Below, piece after piece: positions 12,915 to 26,025 of a stretch of 56,684 bases of DNA. Origin of the DNA: Spirogloea muscicola (taxonomy: Eukaryota); the NCBI GenBank assembly GCA_009602725.1, contig WELB01000013.1, forward strand, positions 956,362 through 1,013,045. The letters run 5' to 3'. The position numbers and the translations under genes are program-made. The notes below the pieces were generated by a model. The model was not told the DNA's origin, did not search any database, and saw nothing but the letters and a program-made list of their open reading frames with translations. The number at the start of each line of letters is the position of its first letter. Positions within the stretch are counted from its first letter, which is position 1.

Positions 12915-15290
12915 ATAGAAGAAGTGGCTCTCCCAATGGGGCAAGGGCTGTGAGAAGCCAGCCCGAAAAGAATTGACAAGGTTCGAAGGGGCCAAACTAC
13001 GAGCTAAGCGGCGACTGCGGGGCCTGAAGAGGCTATGGCAGAACGGGGGAGGATGGACCAGTTAGTAGTTAACGAGTGAGGAGCCTCACATCCGACAGAC
13101 TAGCTGCCGGTAAACTATCCCCCTGACGAAAGCCGGAGGCCGCAGCGAGAGCACGGCCAGCACGCAGATGCAAGGCGTGGGCCATGGACCGCTGGAGGGA
13201 GACGGACAAGAGACGGATAGAGAAGAAAGTGCTCGCCCATAGAGAAGAAGAAGTGGCCCTCCCAATGGGGGCAAGGGCTGTGAGAAGCCAGCCCGAAAAG
13301 AATTGACAAGGTTCGAAGGGCCCAAATCACTGAAGAGGCTATGGCAGAACGGGGGAGGATGGACCACTCAGTAGTTAGGAGCCTCACATCCGTAGGAGCC
13401 TCACATCCGACAGACTAGCTGCCGAGGAAAGAAAGTGGCTCTCCAAGTTGGAAAAGCTGCTTCTTGTTATTCTTTTTTTAAGCAAGCGCGGCCAGATTAA
13501 CTGGTGGCTGGGAGAGGCTAGCCCAAAGGAATGAACAAGGTCTGAAGGAGCCGGAGTGCTAAGGACTGCGACAGCAGCAAGCGAACTCTCAGTAACCTCT
13601 AGTCAGGAGATGCAAGTCTGAATAGCTAGTAGGCGGAAAGACATCGCCCTGACGGAAGCCGGAGGCCGCCGCCAAAGCGCGGCCTGCGCGCAAGCAGACG
13701 AGATCTTCCGCAGGGCCGTCCATAGCCTCCTGGGACTTTCCCCCGCCCTGTCTTCTTCTTCGAAGAAATAGAAGTGGCTCTCGCAATGGGGACAAGGGCT
13801 GTGAAAACCAAGGAACGGAAAGAAAACCAGCCCGAAAAGAATTGACAGGGCTCGAAGGGGAAAATGCGCTCTCAAAAGTGGGATGGGATGAGTCTTCTAT
13901 GAGTGCTGCAGTGCAGTGCAGAAGTAGTGGCTCTCACAATGGGGTCAAGGGCTGTGAAAAGCCAGCCCGGAAAGAATTGACAAAGCTTTGAAGGGGCCAA
14001 ATGACGGAGGGGCCTAAAGCGCTATAATAGAACGGGCTGCAGTGCAAGTGCGGCTAATTGGCGGCGGATTTACTGGAGCTGAGGACGCACATCCTCGGCT
14101 GCGCAATCGAGGCGAGCGAACGGCTGCCCATGACCTCCTGTGGCCTCTCACAGCCACCAGTCAATCTGGCCGCGCTTTCCCCTCAGGGATGCCATGTTCA
14201 GCATCTTCCTGGAGGCAGGGTGCATGGTGGCGATCGAAAACACGTCCATCATGCCCATACTGCAGAGGGCTGATGCACTCCATGCTCGGCGGGTCGACCT
14301 GGTGGCCTCCACGCCAAGCGGCGGCCCGCAAGTCATCGCAGACGTGGTCACCACAGATGTGGTCGACCGCTCCAATGCGGGGCTCTCTGCCTCGAAGGCT
14401 GGTCATGCAGCTGCAAATGCCTCTCGTAAAAATGAGGCTAAGTACGTGAACATCTCGCCCTCTTGGCGGGCTGAACAATTCGTATGCACAGCGGCTTGCC
14501 TCTTTGGCCACCTTGACACTGGTTAAACGAATGGAGCTGTGCTCTGTCGAAGTGCTTTTGATAGTCCTGGTTCATGTAACAACCTGCCCCTTACTCACAC
14601 AGTCAGGGGTGACTTGTCCTACTTAGGTTCAGACTGTGCGGGGGTTAAGGAGCCAGTCCTCTACAAGGTGAAGCACCTGCGCATCTTCGCAGTGGAAGGC
14701 TTGCTCTGTGGCGCCGCCGCCAGGCGGCGACTGGGCACCGGTCAGCAGCTCCCCCCGAAGGAAAGCAGCCACGGACTCCCGGCAGACAGCTGCAGCGAGC
14801 TGCGGCTGCGGCAGCAGCAGCAGCAGGGCTGCGCTTCTCTCAAGGCTTCACCGGGTCCAAATTCCGCGAGGTCGCATTTTGGCCCAAGACTGGAAGTGCT
14901 TCTTCTCCTGCCGCTCCACCTCCAGGAAATAAAGCATGTTTCGACTTTCGACTCGAGGATGTAAGTGTCCCCCCAGCTCATTGCCCCGTTACCAGGACTT
15001 TTGAAAGGCTCGAATTGGCCTCCCTTTCATTTCATGCGCACCGCGCGCCTTCTCTGTTCCAAAGAAGAAGTGGCTCTCCCAAAGGGGGCAAGCCAGGGCG
15101 ACGCTTTTCCGCCCTCTACTTATTCGGACCTGCAGTTGCTGACCAGAGGATGTTGAGCGTCTATTTGCACAAGTCACGGATGGTAGCTTTGCGTATCTTG
15201 CACCTTCTGGCCTTTTCAGACATTGTTGATTTCTTTGGGCTGGCCTCTCACAGCCACTGCCTTACATTGGAAGAGCTGTTTCTCCTTTCT
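12915..15290. mobile_element. Cluster of CRE-like 3' ends and RLE fragments
   Basis: Several minus-strand ..LLTRGY* C-termini with 3' UTR hairpin modules. Plus-strand HILGC..ERTAAHDL..RRVDLVA..VIADVVTTD..KNEAKY at ~14050-14450. Confidence 0.85.
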
Positions 15291-15329
15291 TAGCTGCTTA
15301 TTCAGTAAATTATAGCTGTTCCTGCAGCG

Positions 15330-17677
15330 AAATCCCCATCCCTCAAGACACTCAGCAAGGCAAAGTGGGGAGGGCAGACCTACAGGACGGCATCTGCACA
15401 GCCAGAGGCGCGGCCTTGGATTGGGAGGCACAGCGAAGATTGAATTACACCAGCACTAGGCTGTGGGACTGAGGCAAGGCCTACACGTTGCGACTTCACT
15501 TTCTCACTCAGCCGCCCCATGATGACAAGACATGGCATTGCATGAACCTCTGAAACAGTGTTCAGCAAGACTGTGACCTGCCTCCGTGCGAGCCGGACAT
15601 ATTGATTATATTTGCTCCTTGCGAGGCACAAGCAGTGTACATGTAGATGCAGACGTATGACAATTTAACGCATATCAAGTGTAACAATGCGACAGTGTTC
15701 CATTTTAATTAATTCCTCTTCACCTTCCCATCAAACAATCTAGACATTCAGGATGTACACGCTAACCCTGTCATTGACAAGGGCGGTACATCGAGCAGCA
15801 AATCTCAATGTCTGAGAAGGTCAGCGATTGACAGCAGTAAGGACTAATGAGCTCATCCACATGGACAGGTGTTGGAATATTGTCAGCAGCTTCGTTCTGA
15901 CAAGCGAAAGTGCAATTCACGTAATTTGCACTTACATTCGCCATGCCTTGCAAAAACGGTCCTAATGTAAACTTCCCAAACCAGCTTTTCCAAGTGCGGT
16001 TGTTGGGCACCACAAGTACGAGCAAGAATCATAAGCAGGCACACCTGCAACAGCTCATGTATGGACCAAATGTGGAAGATGCATACCTTACGATGGATGT
16101 GATCAGTGAAGTCTCAGCCACAGTTAAGCGAACTAGCCTTCAGCCTAGTGTGTCACATGTGAGGCTGTGGCATGAGGTGTTCCTAACGATGATGAAGTCA
16201 TCCCTGAATTTCATGACATCAATTTCATGATCATCGTACGATAGTTTGGCAATGAACATGGCGATGGATATAGTGAGACGACTGCACGCCTTCATGGCGG
16301 TATTTGCTGTCGGGTATCTGCCGTTGGCCGTCGGACGTCGTGGAAATGGGAAGAAGTGGTCGTTGATAGAAGTCGATAGGATTGGTAGGCAAGGGCGCCG
16401 TCACGATGACCGTTGACGTAGGAGTCGTAGTAATACTTATGCTGTATGGTTGATGATATTGATACTGAAAGAAATGGTCCTGAGAAGTGCTCATCACCTG
16501 CATCAAGTGGTGAAAGTGCAATAGCCAGCGTCAGTGTGCACTCGTACTATGCTGGACTACCTCAACCTCGATGTGGAATGATGCGTCAGAATGCATGACT
16601 GAGATGTCAGCTCTTGGTGCACTATGACATATGAGTCGACTTATCTTCTTCAGATGATAGTGTTGATGAAAATGATAATATGGTTGATGACACTCAATGT
16701 TTTGATTAATGACATTGACAATATGGTTGAAGAAAATCAATACTCTGGTTGATGACATTCATAATGAAGCTGATGATATTGAAATAAGGGTGATGATATT
16801 GATATCATGGAAGATATTAATAACGAAGTCGATGATATTGACAATGAAATTGATGATATCGATAATCTGGTTGATGGTACTGATACTTGGTCGACGACAT
16901 CGAAGATATTGATAACAATTTGATGACATCGATAGTGAAGTCGATGATATTGATGATATGGTATCGATGATAAAAAAGTGGTCCTGAAATTGCTCATCAC
17001 CTGCATCAAGTGGTGAAAGTGCAATAGCCAGGGTCGTACTATGCTGGACTACCTCAACCTCGATGTGAAACGATGCGTCAGAATGCATGACTGAGATGTC
17101 AGCCCTTGGTGCACTATGACACATGAGTCGACTTAGCTTTTCAGATGATATGGTTGATGATGTTGATAATATGGTTGATGACACTCAATGGTTTGCTTGA
17201 TGACATTGACAATATGGTTGAAGATTATCAACTATTTGGTCGATGACATTGATACTGAAGCTGATGATGTTCAAAATGATGTTGATGGTGTTGATGTCAT
17301 GGAAGATATTGAAAGTGAAGTCGATGACACTGAAACTGAAGCTGATGAATATGATGATCTGGTTGATGGTACTGATAATTGGTTGATGAATTGAATATAA
17401 GTCGATGACATTGGTAATATACTTGAAGATGTCGGATATGAGATGGATGACAAAGTCGATGACACTGATACTGATGTTGATGAAATTGATGATCTGGTTG
17501 ATGGTACTGATAATTGGCTGATGAATTGATAAGAAGTCGATGACATTGGTCATGTACTTGAAGATGTTGGATATGCGGTTGATGACATTGATAATGAAGT
17601 CGATGATAACGAGCATATAGTTGATATATAGATATATCTATTGGATCGACTCATTATCAATGTCATCAACCGCATAT
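15330..17677. repeat. Left copy of an unclassified AT-rich repeat with tandem ~0.5-0.6 kb units (conserved ~170-nt core plus degenerate GAT-rich tract)
   Basis: The core aagtggtgaaagtgcaatagccag..gagtcgactta occurs at ~16480-16660 and ~16980-17150. The whole segment matches 27830-30665 in reverse complement. Confidence 0.85.
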
Positions 17678-17809
17678 TTGTAGGGCGCCTGTGCCAGCTG
17701 TGCCCCCCGCGCGGGGGGAACAACATGTGTATTAAGTGATGGAGGGCCGGGAGCGTGGGGTGGTGGCATGGCGCGCGCCGCGCTTGGAATGCAAGGGTGG
17801 TGTAACGGG

Positions 17810-20800
17810 CAAGAAAAGCGCGTCCAACCTGAGAGCAGCGGCTGTGAGAGGCCAGCCCAAAGAAGGAAGTGCTCGCCGCGCCCATACAGAAGAGGGACTG
17901 GCAAAGCTGTGAGAGGCCAGCCATAAGAGAAGAGAGGCTGGCAAAGCCAGCCTCAATAAGAATGGACAAATGTCTGAAGCCAAAGAAAGAGGAGCCGGGA
18001 AAGAAGAAAGTGCCCGCCCATAGAGAAGAGGGGCTGGCAAAGCCAGCCCAAAGAAGGATGGACAATGTCCAAAGCCAAAGAAAGAGAAGCCGGAAAAAGG
18101 ACTGCACTACAAAACACTGCAAAGCACATAGACGATGCAGAGGGAAGCTCAGTACCCACGAGTGAGCAACATCAGGTCTGAGTAGCTCGCTGCAGGGAAA
18201 GAGGCATTCCACCGAGACCCAGAGGCGGTGGCCATAGCACGGCCTGCTCGCGTGTGGACGGCGTGGGCAAGGGAGCGTTGAAGCGATACGGCCAGGCGCA
18301 TGCGGAAGACTTGTGCGAGCGAACCGGCGGCGTTGAAGCCGGGCATCGCCCCTGGCAGACCCGGCCGCCGGTCAATGGCCTGGCGGGCAAGCCGCTGAAG
18401 GAGATCCAGCCAGCGGCTGCCGAAAGCCCCGTTCCGTGTACATCCATCGCCAGGGCCGCGGATTCATCACCAACCGGGTGATCAGCATATTTTCGCTCCT
18501 TGCCCCGGGCTGCCAGGCCGACCGCGTGCCCTGCAAACGACGCCGATCTGGTGGGATTGGCGGAGTCGATGCAGTCAGTTGTCACCACATCGGTGATGTT
18601 GCGGGGACCGCCGCCGGGCGGGATGGCGACCAGGTCGGCGCGTCGTGTATGGGGCTGGCCGTCCGGGCCCAGCTGGATGGGCATTATTGAGGAGTTCTTC
18701 ACAGCCACCTTGAAGCCAGCCTCCGAAACACCCCCTGCATACCATCTCGCGGGAGGTCGTGGGAAGCGGTCCGCTCGCCCCTGTGCGCGCAACGGAGTAT
18801 ATGCGCAGCCAGCTCCGCAGGTTCAACGTGACGGGCACCGCACTCGCACTGAGTGACGCCCACGAGGCAGGGAGGGAGGAGGCCCAAGAGCCGGTGGACC
18901 GCCGTCCTGAAGACCTCATCGGGCATGGTGAGCGCCGCGTGGAGTGGGAGCGCTGATAACAGCGCGTCGCGCAAGCCTGGCCAGCAGGTCGAGCCACTGG
19001 GACCCGAGAGCCCCGTGCACATCCACGGCCAGGGGTACGAACTCGTACCCAGCGGGGTGGTCAGCGTGTTTGGCGGCCTTGCTGCCTAAGGCCCATAGAG
19101 AAGAGGGGCTAGGAAAGCCAGTCCAAAAGAAATGGACAAAATCCAAAAGCCAAAAGAGGTGCCGAAAAGAAAAACTACACAATCAGACACGAGATGATGT
19201 AGATGGAAGCTCAGTACCCACGAGTGAGCAACAGCAAGTCCTAATAATTCGCAGCTGCAAAAGAGGCACTCCGCCGAGACCCAGGTGCTGCAGCCATGAG
19301 AATGGCGCGCCCTTAGAGGAGAAGGGCTGGCCTAAGCGAGCCCAAAAAGAAGCGACAACATCCAAAGCCAAAAAAGGTGCCGAAAAAGAAAATGCGCCAT
19401 GCAAGGCCGGCTTGCATGTGGACTGCGTGAGCCAGGGTGGCCGCGAGACCACCAGCCGCATGAGAATACCTTCGCTAGCGAGCCGGCAGCATTGAAGCCG
19501 GGCAGCGCCCCTGACTTTGTTCATTCTTCTTTCTGGGCTGGCCCTCTCCCAGCCACCGCCCTCTCTTGGATGAACGAGTGTATCAAGAGATGGAGGGCCT
19601 GTATGGCCAAGTACAAAGGCAAGCACATTGACAAATGTACGTCACCTGCTGCTAAGCTGACCCGCTCAGTAAGCACGAGTCAGCACATAGAGGTCGCTAA
19701 CCAATGCCCGCATACCAGATGGCAATCGACAAGCTTGAGCTACTAGCTAAGGCTCAACCAGCTTTCCGATGCAACGCATGAGCCTGAGCTCGCTGCAGAC
19801 AAGCTGACACTCGACGTCGCAAGAATGACAAATAGGCTGCCGGCATGCCCATCTGAGCTGGAAGCATATCCTCACGTCGAGCATATCCCAAACTTGCCAT
19901 GTTCTCCGGTCAGGTATGGAAAAGGTAAGGGCTCGCCCATTGAGGATAGGGGCTGGAAAAGCCAGCCCAAAAATGAGGAACAAAGTACGAGAAGGGGGCC
20001 AGGGAAAGCGCTAAGAGAAACAAGCACAACGAGAAACAAAGCAGCTACGTATTACTCAGTAACCCCTGCTAAGCAGCCTAGAGAAGCTAGGCTCCTGGAA
20101 GTGGGTCCCCTGGCCAGAGCCAGAGGCAGCAGCGAGGGCTCTGCCGACACGCAGGTGCAGCGCGCGGGCCACAGACCTCTGCAGCGAGACGGCCAAGCGC
20201 ATCCGGTACACCTGCGCTAGCGACCCGGCTGCAGGGAAGTCCACCGGCTCCCCATGGGAGCGGCGGACGATGGCGTGGCGGGCGAGCTGGTTGAGCAGCT
20301 CGAGCCACCGAGCGCCCAACGCCCCATGCGTGTCGCTCGCAAGCGGGAAAAACTCGTCGTCCCGCGAGTAATCTGCATGTCTGAGCTCCTTAGCTCGAGC
20401 GGCGCAGGCGACCGCATACCCAGCCTTGATGGCACATTGGGCTGGGTGTGACGTATGCGTCTGTGGTCACCACGTCCGGGATAAGACGTGGCCCGCCGGC
20501 TGGTGGGGTGGCCGACGCGACGTGCGTGGAGACCGTCGGCCCTTTGCTGGAGCGGCATGACGGCGGAGTTCTCCGCTGCCACCGAGAAGCCAGCCTCCAC
20601 CAGGATGCCTCCAGGATGCATCGCATCCCGGAGGCGGTCGTGGGCCGCTGTCCACTCTCCACCGTGAGAACAGCCCAGAACATGAGCGGCCAGCTCCCCA
20701 GGCTCGGCCCCTCGCTCGCCACATTCGCACTGACGCACACCCTGGAGGCATGGCGGCGGCAGGCCAGGAGCCGGTGGACGGCACTGCGAAATACCTCGTC

Positions 20801-23800
20801 CGGGAGAGTGAGGGCGTCGTTGAGGGGGAGGGCCTGGAGCCACGCCGCGGCCCCCGGGGAAGAGGCCGAGTGGAGTCTCGCGCGCCCGCGCAGGTCGGCC
20901 TCCGGGAGCTGCAGCCAGGCGGTGGTGAAGGCGGCCTTGTCCATCGCGGCTGCGAAGCGCGCTTTGGACGCGCAGGTCGGCGATGTGCGCGAGGTGCGCA
21001 AAGGAGACCGCCTGGCCCGCCAGGTCCGGGTGCGCCGCGAGCAGCTCCTGGTGGGCGGAGCGTAGCGACGCCTGGAAAGAGCAAGCGCGGCCAAATTTAA
21101 CTGGTGGCTGGGAGAGGCCAGCCCAAAAGAACGGACAAGGAAAGGCAGCACACCCCGTTTCTACCTCCACCACCGCCTGCTCCAGCGCACGCCGGCCGTG
21201 GACCAAGAAAAGAGCGCGCCCATAGAAAAGAGGGGCTGGCAAAGCCAGCCCAAAAAGAATGGACAATGTCCACAGCCAAAGCAAGAGGAGCCGGAGAAAG
21301 GACTACACTACAACATACTGCAGAACAGAGAAACGATGCAGAGGAAAGCTCAGTACCCACGAGAGAGCAACATCAGGTCTGAGTAGCTCGCTGCAGGGAA
21401 AGAGGCGCTCCGCCGAGACCCAGAGGCGGCGGCCATAGCACGGCCTGCGCGCGTATGGACGGCGTGGGCAAGAGAGCGTTGAAGCGATACAGCCAGGCGC
21501 ATGCGGAGCGCTGGGCCACGGAGGCGGCTGTCTGCGCCCAGCTGCTGAGGTACGCCGCCCGGAAGCGAGGACCCATGCAGCCGAAAGTGTCGATTGCCGC
21601 CGGTAGGAGGTGATCGCTGCGGGGGTAGTGAGAGTAGTGTCGGAGCTTTCTCTGCTCAGCACCTCCCACTGCGTGGCCAGCAATGTGCGTCGAAGCGGAC
21701 CTCTTGTATGCCTCCGTCACCACCACATCAACCAAGGCTCGTGGGCCTCCGCAGGTTGTACATCCACGATGTCCAGGGTGCGACGGTGATGGCGACCCTG
21801 GGAATCCGTGGTGATGGGCATTATATAGCTCACTTCCACAATGTCGGAGAAGAAGTGGCTCTCCCAATGGGGGCAAGGGCTGTCAGAAGCCAGCCCGAAA
21901 AGAATTGACAAGGTTCGAAGGGGCCAAACTACGAGCTAAGCAGCGACTGTGGGGCCTGAAGAGGCTATGGCAGGACGGAGAAGAGAGAAGGGCTCGCCCA
22001 TCTTGGAAGCGTCTATCCCCCTGGCTGACCCGGCCGCGGTCAGTGGCCTGACGGGCAAGCCGCTGGAGCAGATCCAGCCAGCGAATGCCGAAAGCCCCTT
22101 TCACGTCAATCGCGAGTGCCGCGAATTCGTAATCAGCAGGGTGGTCAGCGTACTTGCGCTCCTTGCCCCGGGTCGCCAGGCCGACCGCGTGCCCTGCGGT
22201 CGACGCCAATCTCGTGAGATTGGCGGAGTCGACGCAGTCGGTGGTCACCAAGTCTATCTGAACTTTCGTAACTACTAAGCGGTCCATCCTCCCCCGTTCT
22301 GCCATAGCCTCTTCAGGCCCCGCAGCCGCTGCTTAGCTCGTAGTTTGGCCCCTTCGAACCTTGTCAATTCTTTTCGGGCTGGCTTCTCACAGCCCTTGCC
22401 CCCATTGGGAGAGCCACTTCTTCTTCTATCTGAACAGGCGCATTCTGAACACTTGAGCAAGCGACCCGGCGGCATTGAAGCCGGGTTGCTCGCTCTTAAA
22501 TTCTTAGTGCTTCCCCTGGCCCCTTCTCGTACTTCGATCATTCCTTTTTGGGCTGGCTGTTCCCAGCGCCTATCCTCAACGGGCGAGCCCTTTCTCTCTG
22601 CTGCCCTTGGCGGCGGGCCACTGCACGCCTCGCAAGGCGCTGCAGGAGGTCGAGCCACCGAGTCCCAAACGCTCCGCGTACGTCCACGGCGAGCGGGACA
22701 AACTCTCGCCCGCGGGGATCGCGGTAGTTTCTCTCCTTGACGCCCGCCGCTTGCGAAGTAAGACGCTTCCAGGAGAGCAAAGTTCGTGTATTCGAAACGA
22801 AGGAGGGCCAAATGGCCATATACAAAGGCAAGCACATCTATAGACCTACATAATCTACAGCAGATTGACCCGCTCAGTAACCACGGGTCAAAACATGGGG
22901 GGCGGTGGCTGGGAGAGGCCTGCCCAGAAGAATTCACAGTCCGAGGGGACCAGGCCGCTTGGCGGACTATGTAGCCCGCCTCCTCCGACTAGCGTTTTGC
23001 GCTCCTGGAATTGACGCAGTCAGTGGTGACGTCGTCTGCAATGAGCTGGGGCCCCCGGCCCAGCTCATTGCAGCCCCTCTTCTCTACGGGCGAGCACTTT
23101 CTTTCCCCGCCCAGCGCGCTGGCGACGAGATGGCGCGCCCAGCGTGAAGGTGGCCATCCGCCCCAGCTGTCAGAGGCATAATTACTTGAGTATTCCAGTG
23201 CCACTCAGTAACCTGCCTCCTGTCAAGGCGACTTCTTCCGCCCTCTAGCTATTTGACCTGCACTTGCAGACAAGACAGTCTCCTTTCTGACGTCTTAGCG
23301 CTTAGTATCTTGCTTCTTGCCCCATGTGGCCCTTTCATTCCCTGTCCATTCTTTTGGGCTGGCTTCGCACAGCCACTGCTGTCAATCTGGAGCGCGTTTT
23401 TTCTTGTCGCGGATTGGGCTGACCTCTAATTAGCAGCCAGCGGTTAGCAAACAATGTAATGGTCGATGGAAGCGCGTCCAGATTAAGAGCAGTGGCTGTG
23501 AGAGGCTAGCCCCAAGAGTAAACAAGGTCTGAAAGGGCCGGATGGAGCATAAAATGACCATAAATACGGGGGACCGGACGGGTGTCACGTATTTCGGCAC
23601 CTTTTGGCTCTTTGGACCTTGTCCATCCTTGTGGGCCTGGCCTTTCCCAATTGCCTCTTTCCATGCAGTGAATCATCGGTCTTGATGTTGCTCACTCGCG
23701 GGTACTGAGCTTCCATCTGCATCGTCTCATGTCTAGTTGTGTAGTGTTTTCTTTCGGCACCTTTTTTGGCTTTTGGATATTAATCATACTTTTTGAGGCT

Positions 23801-26025
23801 GGCTTTGCCAGCTCCTCTTTTCTATGGGCGAGCAATTCTCTTTCGGCGCGCGCATCATTGCAGACGTGGTCATCACCGATGTGGTGGACCGATCAAATCC
23901 GGAGTTCTCTGCCTCGCGGGCTGGCCATGCTGCGGCGAAGGCCAGCAAGGCGGCCAAACACGCTGACCACCCGGTTGGAGACGAGTTCGTACCCCTGGCC
24001 GTGGACGTGCACGGGGCTCTCGGGTCCCAGTCGCTCGACCTGCTGGCCAGGCTTGCGCAGCCCGCTGTGTCCCGCAGGCGAGGTGAGCCGGCTGAGTTCA
24101 ACGCCGCTGGCTCGTGGGGCCCAGGTATATCGCATGCGTTTGTCAGTCTCCCTTCAGCGACCCATGGCCCACGCCTTGCATCTGCGTGCTGCCGTGCTCT
24201 CGCTGCAGCCTCTGGCTTTCGTCAGGAAGAAGTGCTCGCCCAGAGAGATCAGGGGGATAGTTTTCCAGCAGCTAGTCTGTCGGATTTGAGGCTCCTCACT
24301 CGTAGCTACTGAGTGGTCCATCCTCCACCCGTTCTGACATTGCATCTTCAGGCCCCCCCGTCGTTGTGGCTTTAGACCCATCCGTCATGTGGCCTCTTAG
24401 AACCTTTGTCAATCCTTTTCGGGCTGGCTTCTCACAGCCCTTGCCCCCATTGGGAGAGCCACTTCTTTCCCAGCCCTTACCCTCTATCTGAATGTCACCT
24501 TAGGCACCTTAGTTTAGGTCTCCGTGTTATGTAGCCTTGTTTAGTTTGCACTAGCCACTGCTTGAACACTGTATTCGGTTGAATTGGCCTCCCTTTCATT
24601 TCATGCGACCCGCGCGCCTTCTCTCTTCATCTGGAAGCGCTGTTTCTTCTTGCTTCTTGCGCCATCCGGCCCTTTCAGACCTTTTCCCTTTTAGGCTGGC
24701 TTTGCCAGCCCCTCTCGTGTTTTCTAATTAGTCCGTTTTCGGCAACTTTTTCTTTGGCTTTGGACATTGTCCATCTTTATGGGCTGGCTTTGCCTCCTCC
24801 CTCCTGCCTCGTGGGCGTCACTCAGTGCGAGTGCTGTGCCCGTCACGCTGACCCTGCGGGGCTGGCTGCGCATATGCTCCGGTGCGCGCAGGGGGCCGAG
24901 CGGACCGCTTCCCACGACCTCCTGCGAGATGGTATGCAGGGGGTGTTTTCGGAGCCCCCAGCCACCAGTTAATGTGGCCGCGCTTGCTCTCTTTCGGAGG
25001 CTGGCATAGCCACCATCTAGGTGGCTATGAAGAACTCCTCAATAATGCCCATCCAGCTGGGCCCGGACGGCCAGCCCCATACACGACGCGCCGACCTGGT
25101 CGCCATCCCGCCCGGCGGCGGTCCCCGCAACATCGCCGATGTGGTGACAACTGACTGCATCGACTCCGCCAATCCCACCAGATCGGCGTCGTTTGCAGGG
25201 CACGCGGTCGGCCCGGGGCAACGAGCGAAAATATGCTGATCACCCGGTTGGTGATGAATACGCGGCCCTGGCGATGGATGTACACGGGGCTTTCGGCAGC
25301 CGCTGGCTGGATCTCCTTCAGCGGCTTGCCTGCCATGCCATCGACCGGCGGCCAGGTCTGCCAGGGGCGATGCCCAGCTTCAACGCCGCCGGTTCGCTCG
25401 CCCAAGTCTTCCGCATGCGCCCGGGGGTATCGCTTCAACGCTCCCTTGCCCACGCCGTCCACACGCGAGCAGGCCGTGCTATGGCCGCCGCCTCTGGGTC
25501 TCGATGGAATGCCTCTTTCCCATTGCCTCTTCAGGCCCCGCAGTCGCTGCTTAGCTCGTAGTTTGGCATCTTCGAACCTTGTCAATTCTATTCGGGCTGG
25601 CTTCTCACAGCCCTTGCCCCCATTGGGAGAGCCACTTCTTCTTTCCCTGCAGCGAGCTACTCAGACCTGATGTTGCTCACTCGTGGGTACTGAGCTTCCC
25701 TCTGCATCGTCTGTGTTTTGCAGTGTTTTGAGTGTAGTCCTTTTTCCGGCTCCTCTTTCTTTGGCTTTGGACATTGTCCATTCTTCTTTGGGCTGGCTTT
25801 GCCAGCCCCTCTTCTCTATGGGCGAGCACTTTCTTCTTTTTCCGGCTCCTCTTTCTTTGGCTTCAGACATTGTCCATTCTTTTTGAGGCTGGCTTTGCCA
25901 GCCTCACTTCTCTTATGGCTGGCCTCTCACCGCTTTGCCAGCCTCTCTTCTCTACGGGCGAGCACTTTCTTCTGTGGGCTGGCCTCTCACAGCCACTGCT
26001 CTCAGGTTGGACGCGCTTTTCTTGC
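17810..26025. mobile_element. Large nest of CRE-like non-LTR retrotransposon copies (several families)
   Basis: Recurrent CECG/CECC-H-C zinc knuckle, RRADLV..DVVTTD..KERKY RLE core, FxPLAxDVHGAxG motif, LLTRGY*/LLTRSY*/LLSRGY* ends and shared 3' hairpin. Confidence 0.9.
19925..21560 (-). mobile_element. Best-preserved 3' portion of a CRE-like element (linker, zinc knuckle, RLE, 3' UTR), frameshifted and interrupted by two younger insertions
   Basis: RARLHSASSPGAAAWLQALP..LPDEVFRSAVHRLL / QCECG..HVLGCSHGGEWTAAHDRLRD..EAGFSVAAE / LIPDVVTTD / MGARWLELLNQLAR..LLSRGY* followed by the hairpin 3' UTR. Confidence 0.85.

Noticed and set aside
16440..17200. Conserved cores with variable spacers as a possible CRISPR-like array
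   Set aside because: The cores are ~170 nt, the spacers are low-complexity and mutually related, the context is eukaryotic and no cas genes are present.
22340..22430. The 3' module as an HDV-like ribozyme or tRNA-derived SINE (TTCGAA word)
   Set aside because: The nested double-pseudoknot could not be built, there is no A-box or cloverleaf, and the module sits at 3' rather than 5' ends.
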